Assembly (NCBI GenBank): GCA_963422375.2
Contig: CAXXKD010000001.1
Coordinates: 64,001-128,000 of the forward strand
DNA from: Bryobacterales bacterium
GTDB taxonomy: Bacteria; Acidobacteriota; Terriglobia; Bryobacterales; UBA6623
Length of the DNA: 64,000 nucleotides
Direction of reading: 5' to 3'
Position 1 is the first letter of the stretch; every line of letters starts with the position of its first letter. Shown one piece after another: positions 37,170 through 47,888 of the stretch. Under the pieces are notes generated by a model. It was not told the origin of the DNA. It saw only the letters and a program-made list of their open reading frames with translations, and ran no database searches. The position numbers and the translations under genes were made by a program.

Positions 37170-37740
37170 GGGGGCGTACGCGAAGATCCCCAGCGGCTCG
37201 AACCGGCCCTTCAGGATCGACTCGGTGTTCGCGCATCCTCTCCACTCCGCGATCATCGTGGCATGGACGCGGCGGAATTCGGCGGTCAACCTCAGGTTGC
37301 CGTTGGCGGTATCCGCCAGGCGCGGCGGCGCGCCGCAAGAGCCCCCTTGCAGCTTCCGCCAAGACACGAACATCGGGCCGTCGGTGCCCTGATCGGTTCC
37401 TTGGCTGGCGATCTCCTCGATGCGGCGGCCGAAATCGGTGAAGATAGTCACGGCCAAGTAGTCCCCCCGCCCGATCCTCGCGACATCGTCGACGAAGGGC
37501 CTCGCGGCGTCTGCGGCGTACATCAGAATGCGGCTGTGCAGGTCCGGCTTGGTGGATGTGCGCGTCGAAGCCGTTCCCGCGGTAGGCGACGTCGCAGACG
37601 CGGGCCGGGCGACCGGCGGAAATCAGGGCGGCCACCTTGCGGAGATCCACGGCAAGCCCCCGGCCGATACCGTAGTCGACCGGCGTGGTGTAGGATGCCC
37701 ATGCGTCGGCGAACTGGCGCGACGCTCCGTGATGCATTCC
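37170..37740 (-). pseudogene. DUF1501 family gene remnant
   Basis: Frameshifted pieces: GFDAH, IFTDFGRRIEEIASQGTDQGTDGPMF...GNLRLTAEFRRVHATM. Confidence 0.75.
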
Positions 37741-37899
37741 GCGCCGTGGACCTGAGGAACTCGAGCGAGGGGTTCTCAGGTTCTAGATCGAGGTCGAACT
37801 TCCCGACTGCGCGCTTTTCCTTCTCTCTGCCCGTCCGCTTGAGATGCGCCGCGTCGTCGAAGACCAGCGGGGAGTGGATCTCGCCCCGGACCGCGAGCG

Positions 37900-38400
37900 A
37901 CAGTGCGCTGGCGATGTTGATGACGGCGTTGGGCGTCCGTGTAGCGTCCGACCCAGCCCAGCCGCTCGCTTCGATGCGGAACCCCGGTACGGCCGAAGCC
38001 CATCGAGGCGAAGTGCGAGAGGCTGGGCTTGGAATGGATGCCTCCGTAGCGGGTGTTGAAGTCCCCGTCCGCGCCCGCCAGCATGCTCGCGGCGGCGTCG
38101 CCCGAGCGAGCGGCGTTGCCGATGTCCATACCGCGGGCAAGACGCTCGGCCACTCTTCGGTACGTTCGGGGCGGGCGTCGGTCAGGGTGGCCGAAGTCTT
38201 CCGCCGACCGACGGAATGGGACGCTGCGGATCGCGTCGCCTCGGTCCTGGAGCGTGGCCGGAGTGATCCAAGTCCGGCCTCCCGGCCAGCCGGCCACGTT
38301 GGACGGGTACGACCGCGACTGGCCGAGGCCGCCGGTTACCGCGTTGAAGTCCGGCACGGTCGGCGCGATCGCTAGCCCGATGTACCTCGGGTCATCCTTG
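37900..38400 (-). pseudogene. DUF1800 family gene remnant
   Basis: PDFNAVTGGLGQ...PSNVAGWPGGRTWITPATL resembles the DUF1800 C-terminal motif; lies upstream of the DUF1501 remnant, the usual order. Confidence 0.6.
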
Positions 38401-38665
38401 CGCGCCGAGGGCGGCTCGTGCGGAGCCCCCGCTACGTCCGGATCGGGAACGGTTACCGAGAATGCGCTGGCCGACCGGGAAGCGGCGCCGCGTTCCGAGT
38501 AGCATGATCCTGTGATCCCGAAGCCGTGAGGCGTCGGTGGTCGGCGACCCGGCTCGGCTCGTCCCGCACGGCCTCCGGGCGGGCGAAGGCTCCGAGCGCG
38601 GGCTCGGAGCCTATCGCTTGGGACTCGGATCCCGCAGCCGCGCCGCCGGGGAGAATGGAACGACG

Positions 38666-39886
38666 ATGGAGGGAATACTCGATGGGGTCCGCGTGTTGGA
38701 CTTCGGCCGCTACATCGCGGGGCCGTGGTGCGCCGCGCTGCTGGCTGACTTCGGCGCGGACGTGATCCGCGTGGAGAAAGTCGGCGGGGGCGAGGACCGC
38801 TTGCTCTGCCAAGTCAGCCGGGACGACGGCAGCGGCGCGATGTTCCTGCAAGTGAATCGCAACAAGAGGTGCCTCGCGCTCGATCCGACGACTGAGGCGG
38901 GACTCGAGATCCAGCGCAAGCTGGTGGAGACTGCGGACATCGTGGTCGCCAACATGCCGGCGCGAGCGCTCGAGAAGCTCGGTCTCGACTACGCCTCGCT
39001 GCAAGCGGTCCGCCCGGACGTGATTCTCGTTTCGAATACGTGCTTCGGCGCGCAAGGGCCGTACTCGCGCAAGCTCGGTTTCGACGGGCTCGCCCAGGCG
39101 ATGTGCGGGAACATGCATCTGACCGGCGAGCCCGGCGCGCCGATGAAGTCGTACTCGCCGTGGGTGGACTTCGGCACGGCGGCTCTCTGCGCCCTCGGCG
39201 CGACGCTTGCCCTGATGGCCAGGCGGCGGACCGGGCGCGGCCAGGAAGTCCAGGGTTCCCTCCTGGCGACGGCGCTCACAACCGCAAGCCCCTCGCTGAT
39301 CGAGCAGGCCGTCAACTCTCCGAACCGCGTAGCCACCGGGAACCGAGGCCAGCTCAACGCTCCGTCCGACGTGTTCGCGACGCGGGACGGGCACGTCATG
39401 GTTCTGGTGAGCGGAGCGCCGATGTACGAGCGCTGGGCGCGGCTGCTCGGAGAGCCCGAGTGGCTGGCGGACGAGAGATTCCGGTCGGACGACTCCCGCG
39501 GCGAGCACGGAGACATTTTCAGCGCCCGCATGGCCAGGTGGTGCGCCGAACGCACGACGGATGAGGCGCTGGCCGTGCTCGAGAGTGCGCGCCTTCCCGC
39601 CGGGCCGGTCTACACGCCGCAGGAGGCGCTCGACGATCCGCAGGTTCGGAGTGGCGGCTTCCTGCAGGAGGTCGACTATCCCGGGGCGCCTGCCGCCGCT
39701 CCACTCGTCACGACGCCGTTCCGCCTGCTGGACACGCCGGGATCGATTCGCGTGCGGGCCCCGCGGCTGGGCGAGCACTCCGCCGAGATTCTCCGGGAGC
39801 TGGGTTACACCGGCGGCACCATCGACGGTTTTCGCTCGTCCGGCGTGGTCTCGTTTCCTGACGATTGTGGTCCGAGGGGGGACTAG
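38666..39886 (+). CDS. CoA-transferase family III (CaiB/BaiF)
   Basis: LDGVRVLDFGRYIAGP, GADVIRVE, NRNKR, APRLGEHS. Confidence 0.93.
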   Translation: MEGILDGVRVLDFGRYIAGPWCAALLADFGADVIRVEKVGGGEDRLLCQVSRDDGSGAMFLQVNRNKRCLALDPTTEAGLEIQRKLVETADIVVANMPARALEKLGLDYASLQAVRPDVILVSNTCFGAQGPYSRKLGFDGLAQAMCGNMHLTGEPGAPMKSYSPWVDFGTAALCALGATLALMARRRTGRGQEVQGSLLATALTTASPSLIEQAVNSPNRVATGNRGQLNAPSDVFATRDGHVMVLVSGAPMYERWARLLGEPEWLADERFRSDDSRGEHGDIFSARMARWCAERTTDEALAVLESARLPAGPVYTPQEALDDPQVRSGGFLQEVDYPGAPAAAPLVTTPFRLLDTPGSIRVRAPRLGEHSAEILRELGYTGGTIDGFRSSGVVSFPDDCGPRGD

Positions 39887-40013
39887 CTGCGACCAGCCGG
39901 TCCCGGTCCGTTCGCGAGCGAGGCACAAGCCCGGGAGGGCGGTGAATCTGTTCCTTGAACGGTCCGACCGCGCCCGCGATGCCGGTCAGCCCGCGATTGC
40001 CGGCACGACGCGC

Positions 40014-41429
40014 CTAGGGCCCAGTGTCGAGGAGCTTGCGGAGAGTGCGAGCAGCATCGGCGCGAGGCACCTCCTGCTGGCCAAAGCGCGCTCGCCTCCA
40101 CTCCTCGTGCGCTTCGATCCCCGTGCCGCGCTCGCGTGCCACCCCCATCTGCTTCACAGTGACCATGCCGCGTTCCGCCTCGTCGGAACCCATCAGCACT
40201 ACGAAGGGAATCCTCAGCCGGTCGGCCCGCTTCAGCTGCTTGCCCAGCTTGCCCGGAGCGGCTTGCAGTTCCGTGCGAATCCCGGCCCGCCGCAGGTCGA
40301 AAGCCAGCGACATGCATTCGCCGGCGAGCGATTCGTCCATGACCGCTACCAGCACCTGCGCGCTCGTGCGCGCCTTCCCGACGTTGCCTAGGTACTCCAT
40401 CGCGGCCAGCAGCCGGTCCACCCCCATCGAAGCCCCGGTTGCTGGAATCGGGGGCGCGCCGAAGCGGGCTACGAGGCCGTCGTAGCGGCCGCCGCCGAAC
40501 ACCGAGCCGAAGCGCGGGGCGTCCAGAAGCACGGCCTCGAAGACCGGGCCGGTGTAGTAGGCCAGTCCGCGGGCAATGCTGACGTCGATCGCGACACGGT
40601 CGCTGCCGTACCCTAGGGCGTCGAGGCTCTCCGAGATGCCCCGGACGACCTCGATTTCCTCCCCGCTTCCTTCCACGTCGGAGAAGAGCTCGCCGACTCG
40701 ATCCAGGACCTCGGCCCGTGTCGCTCCGGAAATCGCCAGGAATTGCTCGATGACCTCGACCTGGCTGCCGGACAATCCCAGGCCGGCGATCGGATCGCCC
40801 GAGGAGTCCGTGTAGCCGGCGGTCAGCTCGAGCTTGACTCTCTCGAGGCCGACCTTGTCGAGCTTGTCGAGGACGCGGAACACGTCGGACGCCATTCCCT
40901 CTTCGATGGGCGCCCGACGCAGCAGCAGATTGAGGATCTGTCGGCTCGAGAAGCGCACGCGATACGGTCCGACGCCGATAGCGGACAGCGCGTCGCAGAT
41001 CGCCGCGATGATTTCGACATCGGCCCGGCCGCAGGGCGCTCCGACGGCGTCCAAGTCGAACTGCGTGAACTGCCGGTACCGCCCGGGATCCGGCTTTTCG
41101 GCACGCCACACTTGCGCTACCTGGTAGCGGCGGAACGGCAGGGGGAGCCCTCGGTGCTGGCTGACCACGCGGGACAGCGGGACGGTGAGATCGAACCGCA
41201 GGCCGAGCTCCTCGCGCTCGGGGCTGGAAACTCGGAATATTGACTGCTGAGCCTCCTGTCCGGCTGATCCCGACAGGACGTCCAGATACTCGATGGCCGG
41301 GGTGTCGAGAGGCGAGAAGCCGTATCTCTCGTAGACTCCGCGGGCCGTGTCGATCAGCCGCTGGCGTGCGATCATGCTCTCCGGGAGCAGGTCACGCAGG
41401 CCCCGCGAGAGGCGTGGTTCGATGCTCAT
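40014..41429 (-). CDS. hisS: Histidine--tRNA ligase
   Basis: LRFDLTVPL, GRYRQFTQFD, RGLAYYTG, GGGRYDGL and a C-terminal anticodon-binding domain (so not HisZ). Confidence 0.95.
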   Translation of the reverse strand: MSIEPRLSRGLRDLLPESMIARQRLIDTARGVYERYGFSPLDTPAIEYLDVLSGSAGQEAQQSIFRVSSPEREELGLRFDLTVPLSRVVSQHRGLPLPFRRYQVAQVWRAEKPDPGRYRQFTQFDLDAVGAPCGRADVEIIAAICDALSAIGVGPYRVRFSSRQILNLLLRRAPIEEGMASDVFRVLDKLDKVGLERVKLELTAGYTDSSGDPIAGLGLSGSQVEVIEQFLAISGATRAEVLDRVGELFSDVEGSGEEIEVVRGISESLDALGYGSDRVAIDVSIARGLAYYTGPVFEAVLLDAPRFGSVFGGGRYDGLVARFGAPPIPATGASMGVDRLLAAMEYLGNVGKARTSAQVLVAVMDESLAGECMSLAFDLRRAGIRTELQAAPGKLGKQLKRADRLRIPFVVLMGSDEAERGMVTVKQMGVARERGTGIEAHEEWRRARFGQQEVPRADAARTLRKLLDTGP

Positions 41430-41596
41430 GAGCGTCTGAAGCCCACCATATCACGGCGTTTCTCGCCCCCAGTCCGATCGGCCGGGTCTGACAGCCGCTT
41501 GCCGAACGGGGGAAAGGCGTACCGGGTCGGTCGATGCGCAGCGATGCGGTAACCTCGGGAGCGGCTCGATTCGTCTATACCGCTAAGGGGGTACCT

Positions 41597-42553
41597 ATGC
41601 CTGCTCAATCAAGACCTACGGCCTCCGTCCTGGTCCGCTTGGCGCTAGGGCTCGGCATTCTGTCGGCAACGCTCTGGGGTGCCGGCTTCTGGGACAAGAA
41701 GGACTTCACCCAGTGGACGGCCAAGGAGGTCCAGAAGACCTACATGGACTCGCCGTGGTCCAAGAAGGTCACCCTGACGGGGCCGAATCCGATGAACGCC
41801 CTCGGCGGCGGCAGCGCTAGCGGTCGTCGTGGCGGCGGCGGGGGAGGAGCGCCGGGCGGCGGCGGTGCGCCGGGCGGCGGCGGTCGTCGTGGCGGCGGCG
41901 GTGGCGGCGGATTCGGCGGTGGCGCGACGCCGATGCCTTCTCCGACTCTCACGCTGATCGTCCGCTTTGCCGAGGCGCTGCCGATCAAGCACGCCAAGGT
42001 CAGGTTCAACATGGGAGAGAGCTCCGAGGTGACACCTGCGATGCAGCAGTATCTCGACAACGAGGAGCCGTACTACGTCGTGGCCGTGGCCAATCTTCCG
42101 CAGGTGTTGTCGCGCTTCGAGGAAGAGACGGAACGGCTTGCGACCTCTGCCCGCCTTCGTCGCAAGAACCACGAGGACCTCCTGCCGGCGAAGGTCGAAG
42201 TCACTCCCGAGGAGGGAGTCACGTTCAGGTATTTCTTCCCGCGCCACGACCCGATTGAGGTCGCGGACCGGGAGGTGGAATTCTACATGAAGCTCGAGCG
42301 CCCGCAGGGAATGGGCCGCCGCCGCCCCGACGCCGGAGGACCGGCGCGCGGCCAAGGCGGTCAAGGGGCTGGCGGCAGGCCCCAGCAGCGCGGAGGCGGT
42401 CAGGGCCAAGGGGCCGGAGGAGCTCAGGGCCAGAGAGCCGGAGGCCAGGGAGGGCGCGGCGCGAACATGGGCGTGACGCTGATCTTCGGCAAGGAGATCA
42501 AGCGCAAGTTTCGCCTCAAGGACATGGTTTATCGGGGCGAACTGCCCCTCTGA
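41597..42553 (+). CDS. Exported hypothetical protein with two Gly-rich low-complexity inserts
   Basis: AAGGGGG SD; signal peptide; WDKKDFTQWT...DSPW core and C-terminal KFRLKDMVYRGEL. Confidence 0.8.
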   Translation: MPAQSRPTASVLVRLALGLGILSATLWGAGFWDKKDFTQWTAKEVQKTYMDSPWSKKVTLTGPNPMNALGGGSASGRRGGGGGGAPGGGGAPGGGGRRGGGGGGGFGGGATPMPSPTLTLIVRFAEALPIKHAKVRFNMGESSEVTPAMQQYLDNEEPYYVVAVANLPQVLSRFEEETERLATSARLRRKNHEDLLPAKVEVTPEEGVTFRYFFPRHDPIEVADREVEFYMKLERPQGMGRRRPDAGGPARGQGGQGAGGRPQQRGGGQGQGAGGAQGQRAGGQGGRGANMGVTLIFGKEIKRKFRLKDMVYRGELPL

Positions 42554-42935
42554 CCGAAGCTTGGAGCGCGGGCCTTCCCTTGGCCCGTTGGCTTGCGGAA
42601 GCCCGTGCCGCTCCTCGCGGGACCGACGAGCAGCGCCTCGTCGGGCTGGGTGCAGCGATGTTCCTGAAGGCGGTCGGCCTGCCCGCGCGAGCGACGCTGG
42701 CGGGCACCGTCCCGAGCGCGGCTAGACTCCAACGGGTCGCCGATCCGCAATCGGGTGGTAACGCCCTTCCGGCGCGGCCGGGGCATTCCACGGCATGTTG
42801 AGCGGTCCCGGCCACGGCAGTGGACAGCAAGGATCCGGTCGCATGTAACCCGCGGGCGATTCTGCTCGAAAGGCCGGTCGCTCCGGCGTTGCCTCGCCGT
42901 CTGCCGGGATTCCGGGTCGGCGAGCGTTGGCCGGT

Positions 42936-44840
42936 TCAGGCCCGCGCGAGTTCGATCGCGCCCCGTTCGGCATCGAGCTTCGTGATGCGGAACGAATGCA
43001 CCGAGCCCGGCGTCAGCGGGTCTTCGCGGTCGTCAGGGCCCGCTTCCGGTCCGCCCTTCCAAGCCGATTCGAGCATGGTCTTCAGCGACGAGAGGTCCGA
43101 TGTCTGACCGAGCTGGACGCCCTTCCTTGAGACGCTGCGGGGCTTCTTCGTCGCGCAGACCGCATGGACGCCGCTACCGACCTCGATGATCGCCTCGTCG
43201 CCCTGCATCTTCACCACTCGGCCCGTGACCGTCTCCCCGACCTCTACTTGGGACAGGAATGTGTCGAGCTCGGTGGGCTCGAGCTGCTTCATGCCGACCT
43301 TGACACGCCTGCGAGCCGTATCGATCTCGAGAATCTTGACGCGCACCTGGTCGCCCTCGCGCAGCATCTCTGCCGGGCTGTTCAAGCGCCTCTCGGAGGT
43401 AATGTCCGAGATGTGCAGCAAGCCGTCCACGCCTTCGATGATCTCGATGAACGCGCCGAAGCTAGCGATCTTCCGCACGGTTCCTACCACCGCGCTCCCC
43501 ACCGGATGCAGTTGGCCTACTCGCTGCCAAGGGTCGCCGAGCGCCTGCTTGAGGCCTAAGGCGATCCGCTTCTGCTGGGGCTTGACGTCCAGCACCAAGA
43601 CCTCGACCACGTCCCCGACAGTGACGATCTCGCTCGGGTGGCGCACGCGACGGCTATACGACATGTCTGAAATATGGACAAGGCCCTCGATGCCGGGGAG
43701 CACCTCGACGAAGGCTCCGTACCGCTCGATGCGGGCCACTTTGCCCCGGACACGGTCGTTCGGCTTGAACTGCTCGCCCACCACGCTCCAAGGCTCGGTC
43801 TGCAACTGCTTCAGCCCCACCCCGATGCGCTGAGCCTTGTGGTCGACCTTGATGATCTCGACTTCGAGCTCCTGTCCTATGCGCAGCACGTCGCTCGGCT
43901 CGTTGACGCGCTGCCAGGAGATATCGCTCACGTGCAGCAGGCCGTCGATCCCGCCGAGATCCACGAAGGCCCCGAACTTGCGGATCGAGCGCACCGTGCC
44001 GTGCACGCGGTCGCCGCGACTCAGTCTCTCCAGCGCCTCCTGGCGCTTCTGGGCGCGCTCCTCCTCCAGGATGGCCCGCCGGTCGAGGACGACGTTCCGG
44101 TCGGCCTCGTCTAGCTGGACGATGCGTGCGTGGACCTGCTGTCCGACAAGGGACTGGAGTCCCTCCTCGGTTCGCTCGCCCGAACGCGAGGCCGGCATGA
44201 ACGCCCGCACGCGCACGCCGACGTCAACCGACAGCCCGCCCTTGATCGTGTCGATCACCTTGCCCACCACGCTGCCGCCCGAGTTGAAGGCGATCTCGAG
44301 CTGCGCCCAGTTCCTCGGCTGCTGCGACACTAGGCTGCTCAGCAACGGATAGCCTTCCGAAGACTGGCCGACCACGACAACCTCGACGGTCTCGCCAACG
44401 GCTAGCGGCTTGTCTAGGCCCGAGTCTGGCGAGACCGGGAGGAATGCCTCGGACTTCCGTCCGATGTCGACGAACACGCCGTCGGCCCGCGTGCCGACGA
44501 CCACGCCTCGCAGCCGCTCCGACGACTGCTCGTCGGGCTGCGCCGCCGGCCTGGATTCGCTTCGGACAATGCTCTCGTACTCGACATCTTCCGGGATATC
44601 GTAGTCGTCGTCTTCCGCGTCATCGCCGAGGGCCTCGCCCGGCATGGCCGGCGAGGCCGGCACTCCCGGCACGGGAGCGCTCTGCTGCGTCGCCGCTACC
44701 GGGATACCGGGGACCGTCGGCGGGGGCGGGACCGCCGGTTGGTGCGTGCCCTCACCTTGGCCGGCGGGCGGTTGCTCGGTTGCGGGGGCGCGATCTTCTT
44801 GCACCGGCCCGCCGGGCAACTCTGGGACTTCCGAATTCAC
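42936..44840 (-). CDS. rpsA: 30S ribosomal protein S1 or S1 paralog with a long Pro/acidic N-terminal extension
   Basis: Multiple S1 repeats (FGAFVDLGGIDGLLHVSDISW, YGAFVEVLPGIEGLVHISDMS, FGAFIEIIEGVDGLLHISDI). Confidence 0.85.
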   Translation of the reverse strand: MNSEVPELPGGPVQEDRAPATEQPPAGQGEGTHQPAVPPPPTVPGIPVAATQQSAPVPGVPASPAMPGEALGDDAEDDDYDIPEDVEYESIVRSESRPAAQPDEQSSERLRGVVVGTRADGVFVDIGRKSEAFLPVSPDSGLDKPLAVGETVEVVVVGQSSEGYPLLSSLVSQQPRNWAQLEIAFNSGGSVVGKVIDTIKGGLSVDVGVRVRAFMPASRSGERTEEGLQSLVGQQVHARIVQLDEADRNVVLDRRAILEEERAQKRQEALERLSRGDRVHGTVRSIRKFGAFVDLGGIDGLLHVSDISWQRVNEPSDVLRIGQELEVEIIKVDHKAQRIGVGLKQLQTEPWSVVGEQFKPNDRVRGKVARIERYGAFVEVLPGIEGLVHISDMSYSRRVRHPSEIVTVGDVVEVLVLDVKPQQKRIALGLKQALGDPWQRVGQLHPVGSAVVGTVRKIASFGAFIEIIEGVDGLLHISDITSERRLNSPAEMLREGDQVRVKILEIDTARRRVKVGMKQLEPTELDTFLSQVEVGETVTGRVVKMQGDEAIIEVGSGVHAVCATKKPRSVSRKGVQLGQTSDLSSLKTMLESAWKGGPEAGPDDREDPLTPGSVHSFRITKLDAERGAIELARA

Positions 44841-45036
44841 TCTGCTCTCCCCGAATCTGAACTTTCATTGTTTCACATGCCTGCCCGGCCGTCACATCCG
44901 GGCGAACCCGGAAGCTGCGGCAACCGTTGAGCCGCCCGCTACCGTGCGGCTGCCCAGCACGTACGCGCAACCCATAGTCCCCCGCGAGCCCGCAGGGGCG
45001 AGCGACGCGGTCAGCGTAGAGACCGGCGCGGGCGCA

Positions 45037-46323
45037 TCAGATCCAGGCCGAGAACACCTCTGCGCCGGCGTAGACGGCTTGGGATCCGAGCTCCGCCTCG
45101 ATCTCCAGCAGCCGGTTATACTTCGCCACGCGGTCGCTGCGGCAGGTCGAGCCGGTCTTGATCTGCCCTCCGCAGCAGGCCACGGCCAGGTCCGCGATAG
45201 TGGTGTCTGACGTCTCTCCCGAGCGGTGCGAGATGATGAAGGTGTAGCCGCTGTCCTGCGCCAGCGCGATGCAGTCAATCGTCTCGCTAACGGTCCCGAT
45301 CTGGTTGAGCTTGATCAGGATCGAGTTCGCGATGCCGTCGGCGATGCCGGCGCGAAAGATCTTCGGGTTCGTGACGAACAGGTCGTCGCCGACTAGCTGC
45401 ATCTGGTTTTCAAGCGCCTTCGTGCCGACCTCCCAGCCTGCGCGGTCCACCTCGGAGAAGCCGTCCTCGAGCGAGAGCAGCGGGTACTTCGCTTGCCAGT
45501 CGCTCCACATCGCGGCCATGTCGCTCGCGCTGCGGCGGCTCCCGTCGGACTGTTCGAAGACGTACTCGCCGCCGACGTAGAACTCGCTCGCGGCCGCGTC
45601 GATCGCGATGAATATGTCCTTGCCGGGCTCGTAGCCTGCCTTGGAGATGGCCTCCACTAGCAGTTCCATCGGCTCTTCGTTGGACTTCAGTTCGGGCGCG
45701 AAGCCGCCCTCGTCCCCGACCGCTGTGCCGTAGCCCTTCGACCTGAGGAGTGCCTTCAGCCCGTGGAATATTTCCGCGACCGCCCGGAGCGCCTCCGAGA
45801 ACGAACGGAGGCCGACCGGCAGGATCATGAACTCCTGGATGTCGACGTTGTTGTCCGCGTGCTGGCCACCGTTGAGGACATTGCACATCGGCACGGGAAG
45901 CCGGTAGTTATCCCGGCTGGCAATGCGGCGGTACAGCGGGATTCCTAGCTCGGATGCCATGGCATGGGCCACGGCCATCGAGACGCCTAGGATCGCGTTC
46001 GCCCCGAGCCGACCCTTGTTGTCGGTGCCGTCCAGTCTGATCAGCGTCTCGTCGATGCTGCGCTGGTCGTCCGCATCGTGGCCCTGCAGGGCCACGAGCA
46101 TTTCGGAATTGACATTGTCCACCGCCTTGCGGACGCCCTTGCCCAAGTAGCGGAGCCTATCGCCGTCGCGCAACTCTACGGCCTCGTTGAGGCCAGTCGA
46201 TGCGCCGGAAGGAACGCGCGCGGCCCCTCGCGCGCCGGAGGCTAGAGTGACGCGCACCTGCAGCGTAGGATTGCCGCGCGAATCCAGGATTTCCAAGGCT
46301 TGCAGGTTGGTGATTGCGGACAT
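45037..46323 (-). CDS. eno: Enolase
   Basis: [51 protein letters not shown]. Confidence 0.97.
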   Translation of the reverse strand: MSAITNLQALEILDSRGNPTLQVRVTLASGARGAARVPSGASTGLNEAVELRDGDRLRYLGKGVRKAVDNVNSEMLVALQGHDADDQRSIDETLIRLDGTDNKGRLGANAILGVSMAVAHAMASELGIPLYRRIASRDNYRLPVPMCNVLNGGQHADNNVDIQEFMILPVGLRSFSEALRAVAEIFHGLKALLRSKGYGTAVGDEGGFAPELKSNEEPMELLVEAISKAGYEPGKDIFIAIDAAASEFYVGGEYVFEQSDGSRRSASDMAAMWSDWQAKYPLLSLEDGFSEVDRAGWEVGTKALENQMQLVGDDLFVTNPKIFRAGIADGIANSILIKLNQIGTVSETIDCIALAQDSGYTFIISHRSGETSDTTIADLAVACCGGQIKTGSTCRSDRVAKYNRLLEIEAELGSQAVYAGAEVFSAWI

Positions 46324-47063
46324 CGGATCCCTCTGTCGGGACGGGAGGGGCCGCGGTCGCGGCCTAGAGGCACTGTCGTGCGGGCAGCAGGCCCGCTGTC
46401 CCCGACTCACCAGCGTAGCACGGGCTGCCGTGGCGACTGCCCGCGGCCGGATTGCACGCTTGCTCTCGGACCGGACTTCTTGGATCCTCGCTAGCGTCTG
46501 CGCCATGCCGAGGGGGTTGCGACGGTCCCGCCAGATACCGAACGCCGAGGTGACTGGCCCTGACTTGCACCGTACGAGACGACCAAGGACGCGCCGGCGG
46601 GACCATCGGAACCTCGGAACTGGCGGGCATCGCGGACGGGCCGGTTGGCCAAGGGAACCGGTGCCTCGCCCGAAGGCGGACGGATGCATTCTCCCATGGC
46701 GCGTCGCACTGCCCGGTGAGCTGGAATGGGCCTCTTGCGGGTCTCGCTCTCGCCTGTAGCGTCGAGTTGCCCGTTCTTTCTAACCGAGAGGCAATCACTC
46801 GTGAATTGCGGTTCAAGCTCCGTGACAGTCAATGCCCATAATACAATGCCAGATTGATATCGGAAATCCCTTGGTACAGGATTACAAATATGGCTCACAA
46901 TAGAATTGATCGATCATGTTCAATCTTGGTAATAAAGACAAGATATAGTGGCCGACATAATTCATATATGCGCAGAGAAATATCAGCCATATATTAGACA
47001 TATTTTGGAATTTACTCGAAGTAAATCCGAATAGATTCCATATCTATTCTACGAGGATTCCAA

Positions 47064-47888
47064 CGCCCATTCAACTCCGAAGTGCGACAGGCGCCGAGCC
47101 ACAAGATGGCAGGGAGGGGAGAGGGGGGGGCAGCGAGCGGTGGTGTCGCGGCAGTAGGCTGGTAGGTGCTGGAAGGAGCAGGGAGGCGGATGCGGAAGAG
47201 CTACACGCACGTGACGCAGGAGGAGCGCTGCCGGAGCGAGACGCTGCGGGCGGCGGGCTGGGGAGCGGACAGGATCGCCGCGCAGCTGGACCGCAACCGG
47301 GCCACGATCTACCGGGAAGTGAGCCGCAACGGCCGACCGGCGGAGGGCGAGCGCGCGGCGAGCTACAGCTGGGGGAGCGCGCAGGAGCGCGCGGAGCGGC
47401 GGCGGCGCGCGGCGTCGTACCGGCCGCGCAAGCTGACGTCGGCGCTGCGGACGCGGAGCGAGGACTGCCTGCGGCAGGACTGGAGCCCGGAGCAGGAGCC
47501 CGGAGCAGGTCGCGGCACGGCTGCAGCGGGAAGGGGCGCTGGAGATCAGCCCTGAACGGATCTACCAGCTGGTGCGCGCGGAGCGGCGGCAGGGGGGCCG
47601 GCTGTACCGGCACCCGAGGCAGGGCGGCCGCAAGCGCGTCCGGCCGGACGGCCGGACGGCGGGCCGCGGCCTGATCCCGGGGCGCGCGGACATCGCGGAG
47701 CGCCCGGCGGAGGCGCAAGCGAAGGCGCGCGTCGGCGACCGGGAGGCCGACAGCGTGATCGGCGGGCAGCGCCGCGGGGCGCTGGTGACGCTGGTGGACC
47801 GGTTCTCTAAGTACCTGCTAGTGCAGCCGGTTAGCCGGCGCACGGCGCGGCTGGTCGGGGCGGCGATGACGGCCATGCTCGCAGGGAG
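47064..47888 (+). pseudogene. IS30 family element, frameshifted and 3'-truncated
   Basis: Left end ...TTCAACTCCGAAGTGCGACA; transposase from ATG 47190 (TIYREVSRN, WSPEQ, ERIYQ, GDREADSVIG, LVTLVDR); a 13-bp tandem duplication at 47482-47507 shifts the frame. Confidence 0.88.

Noticed and set aside
42554..42935. Possible ncRNA between convergent genes (GGGTGGTAACGCCC hairpin reminiscent of RNase P RNA)
   Set aside because: The conserved RNase P, tmRNA and SRP signature sequences were not found; only short GC hairpins are present.
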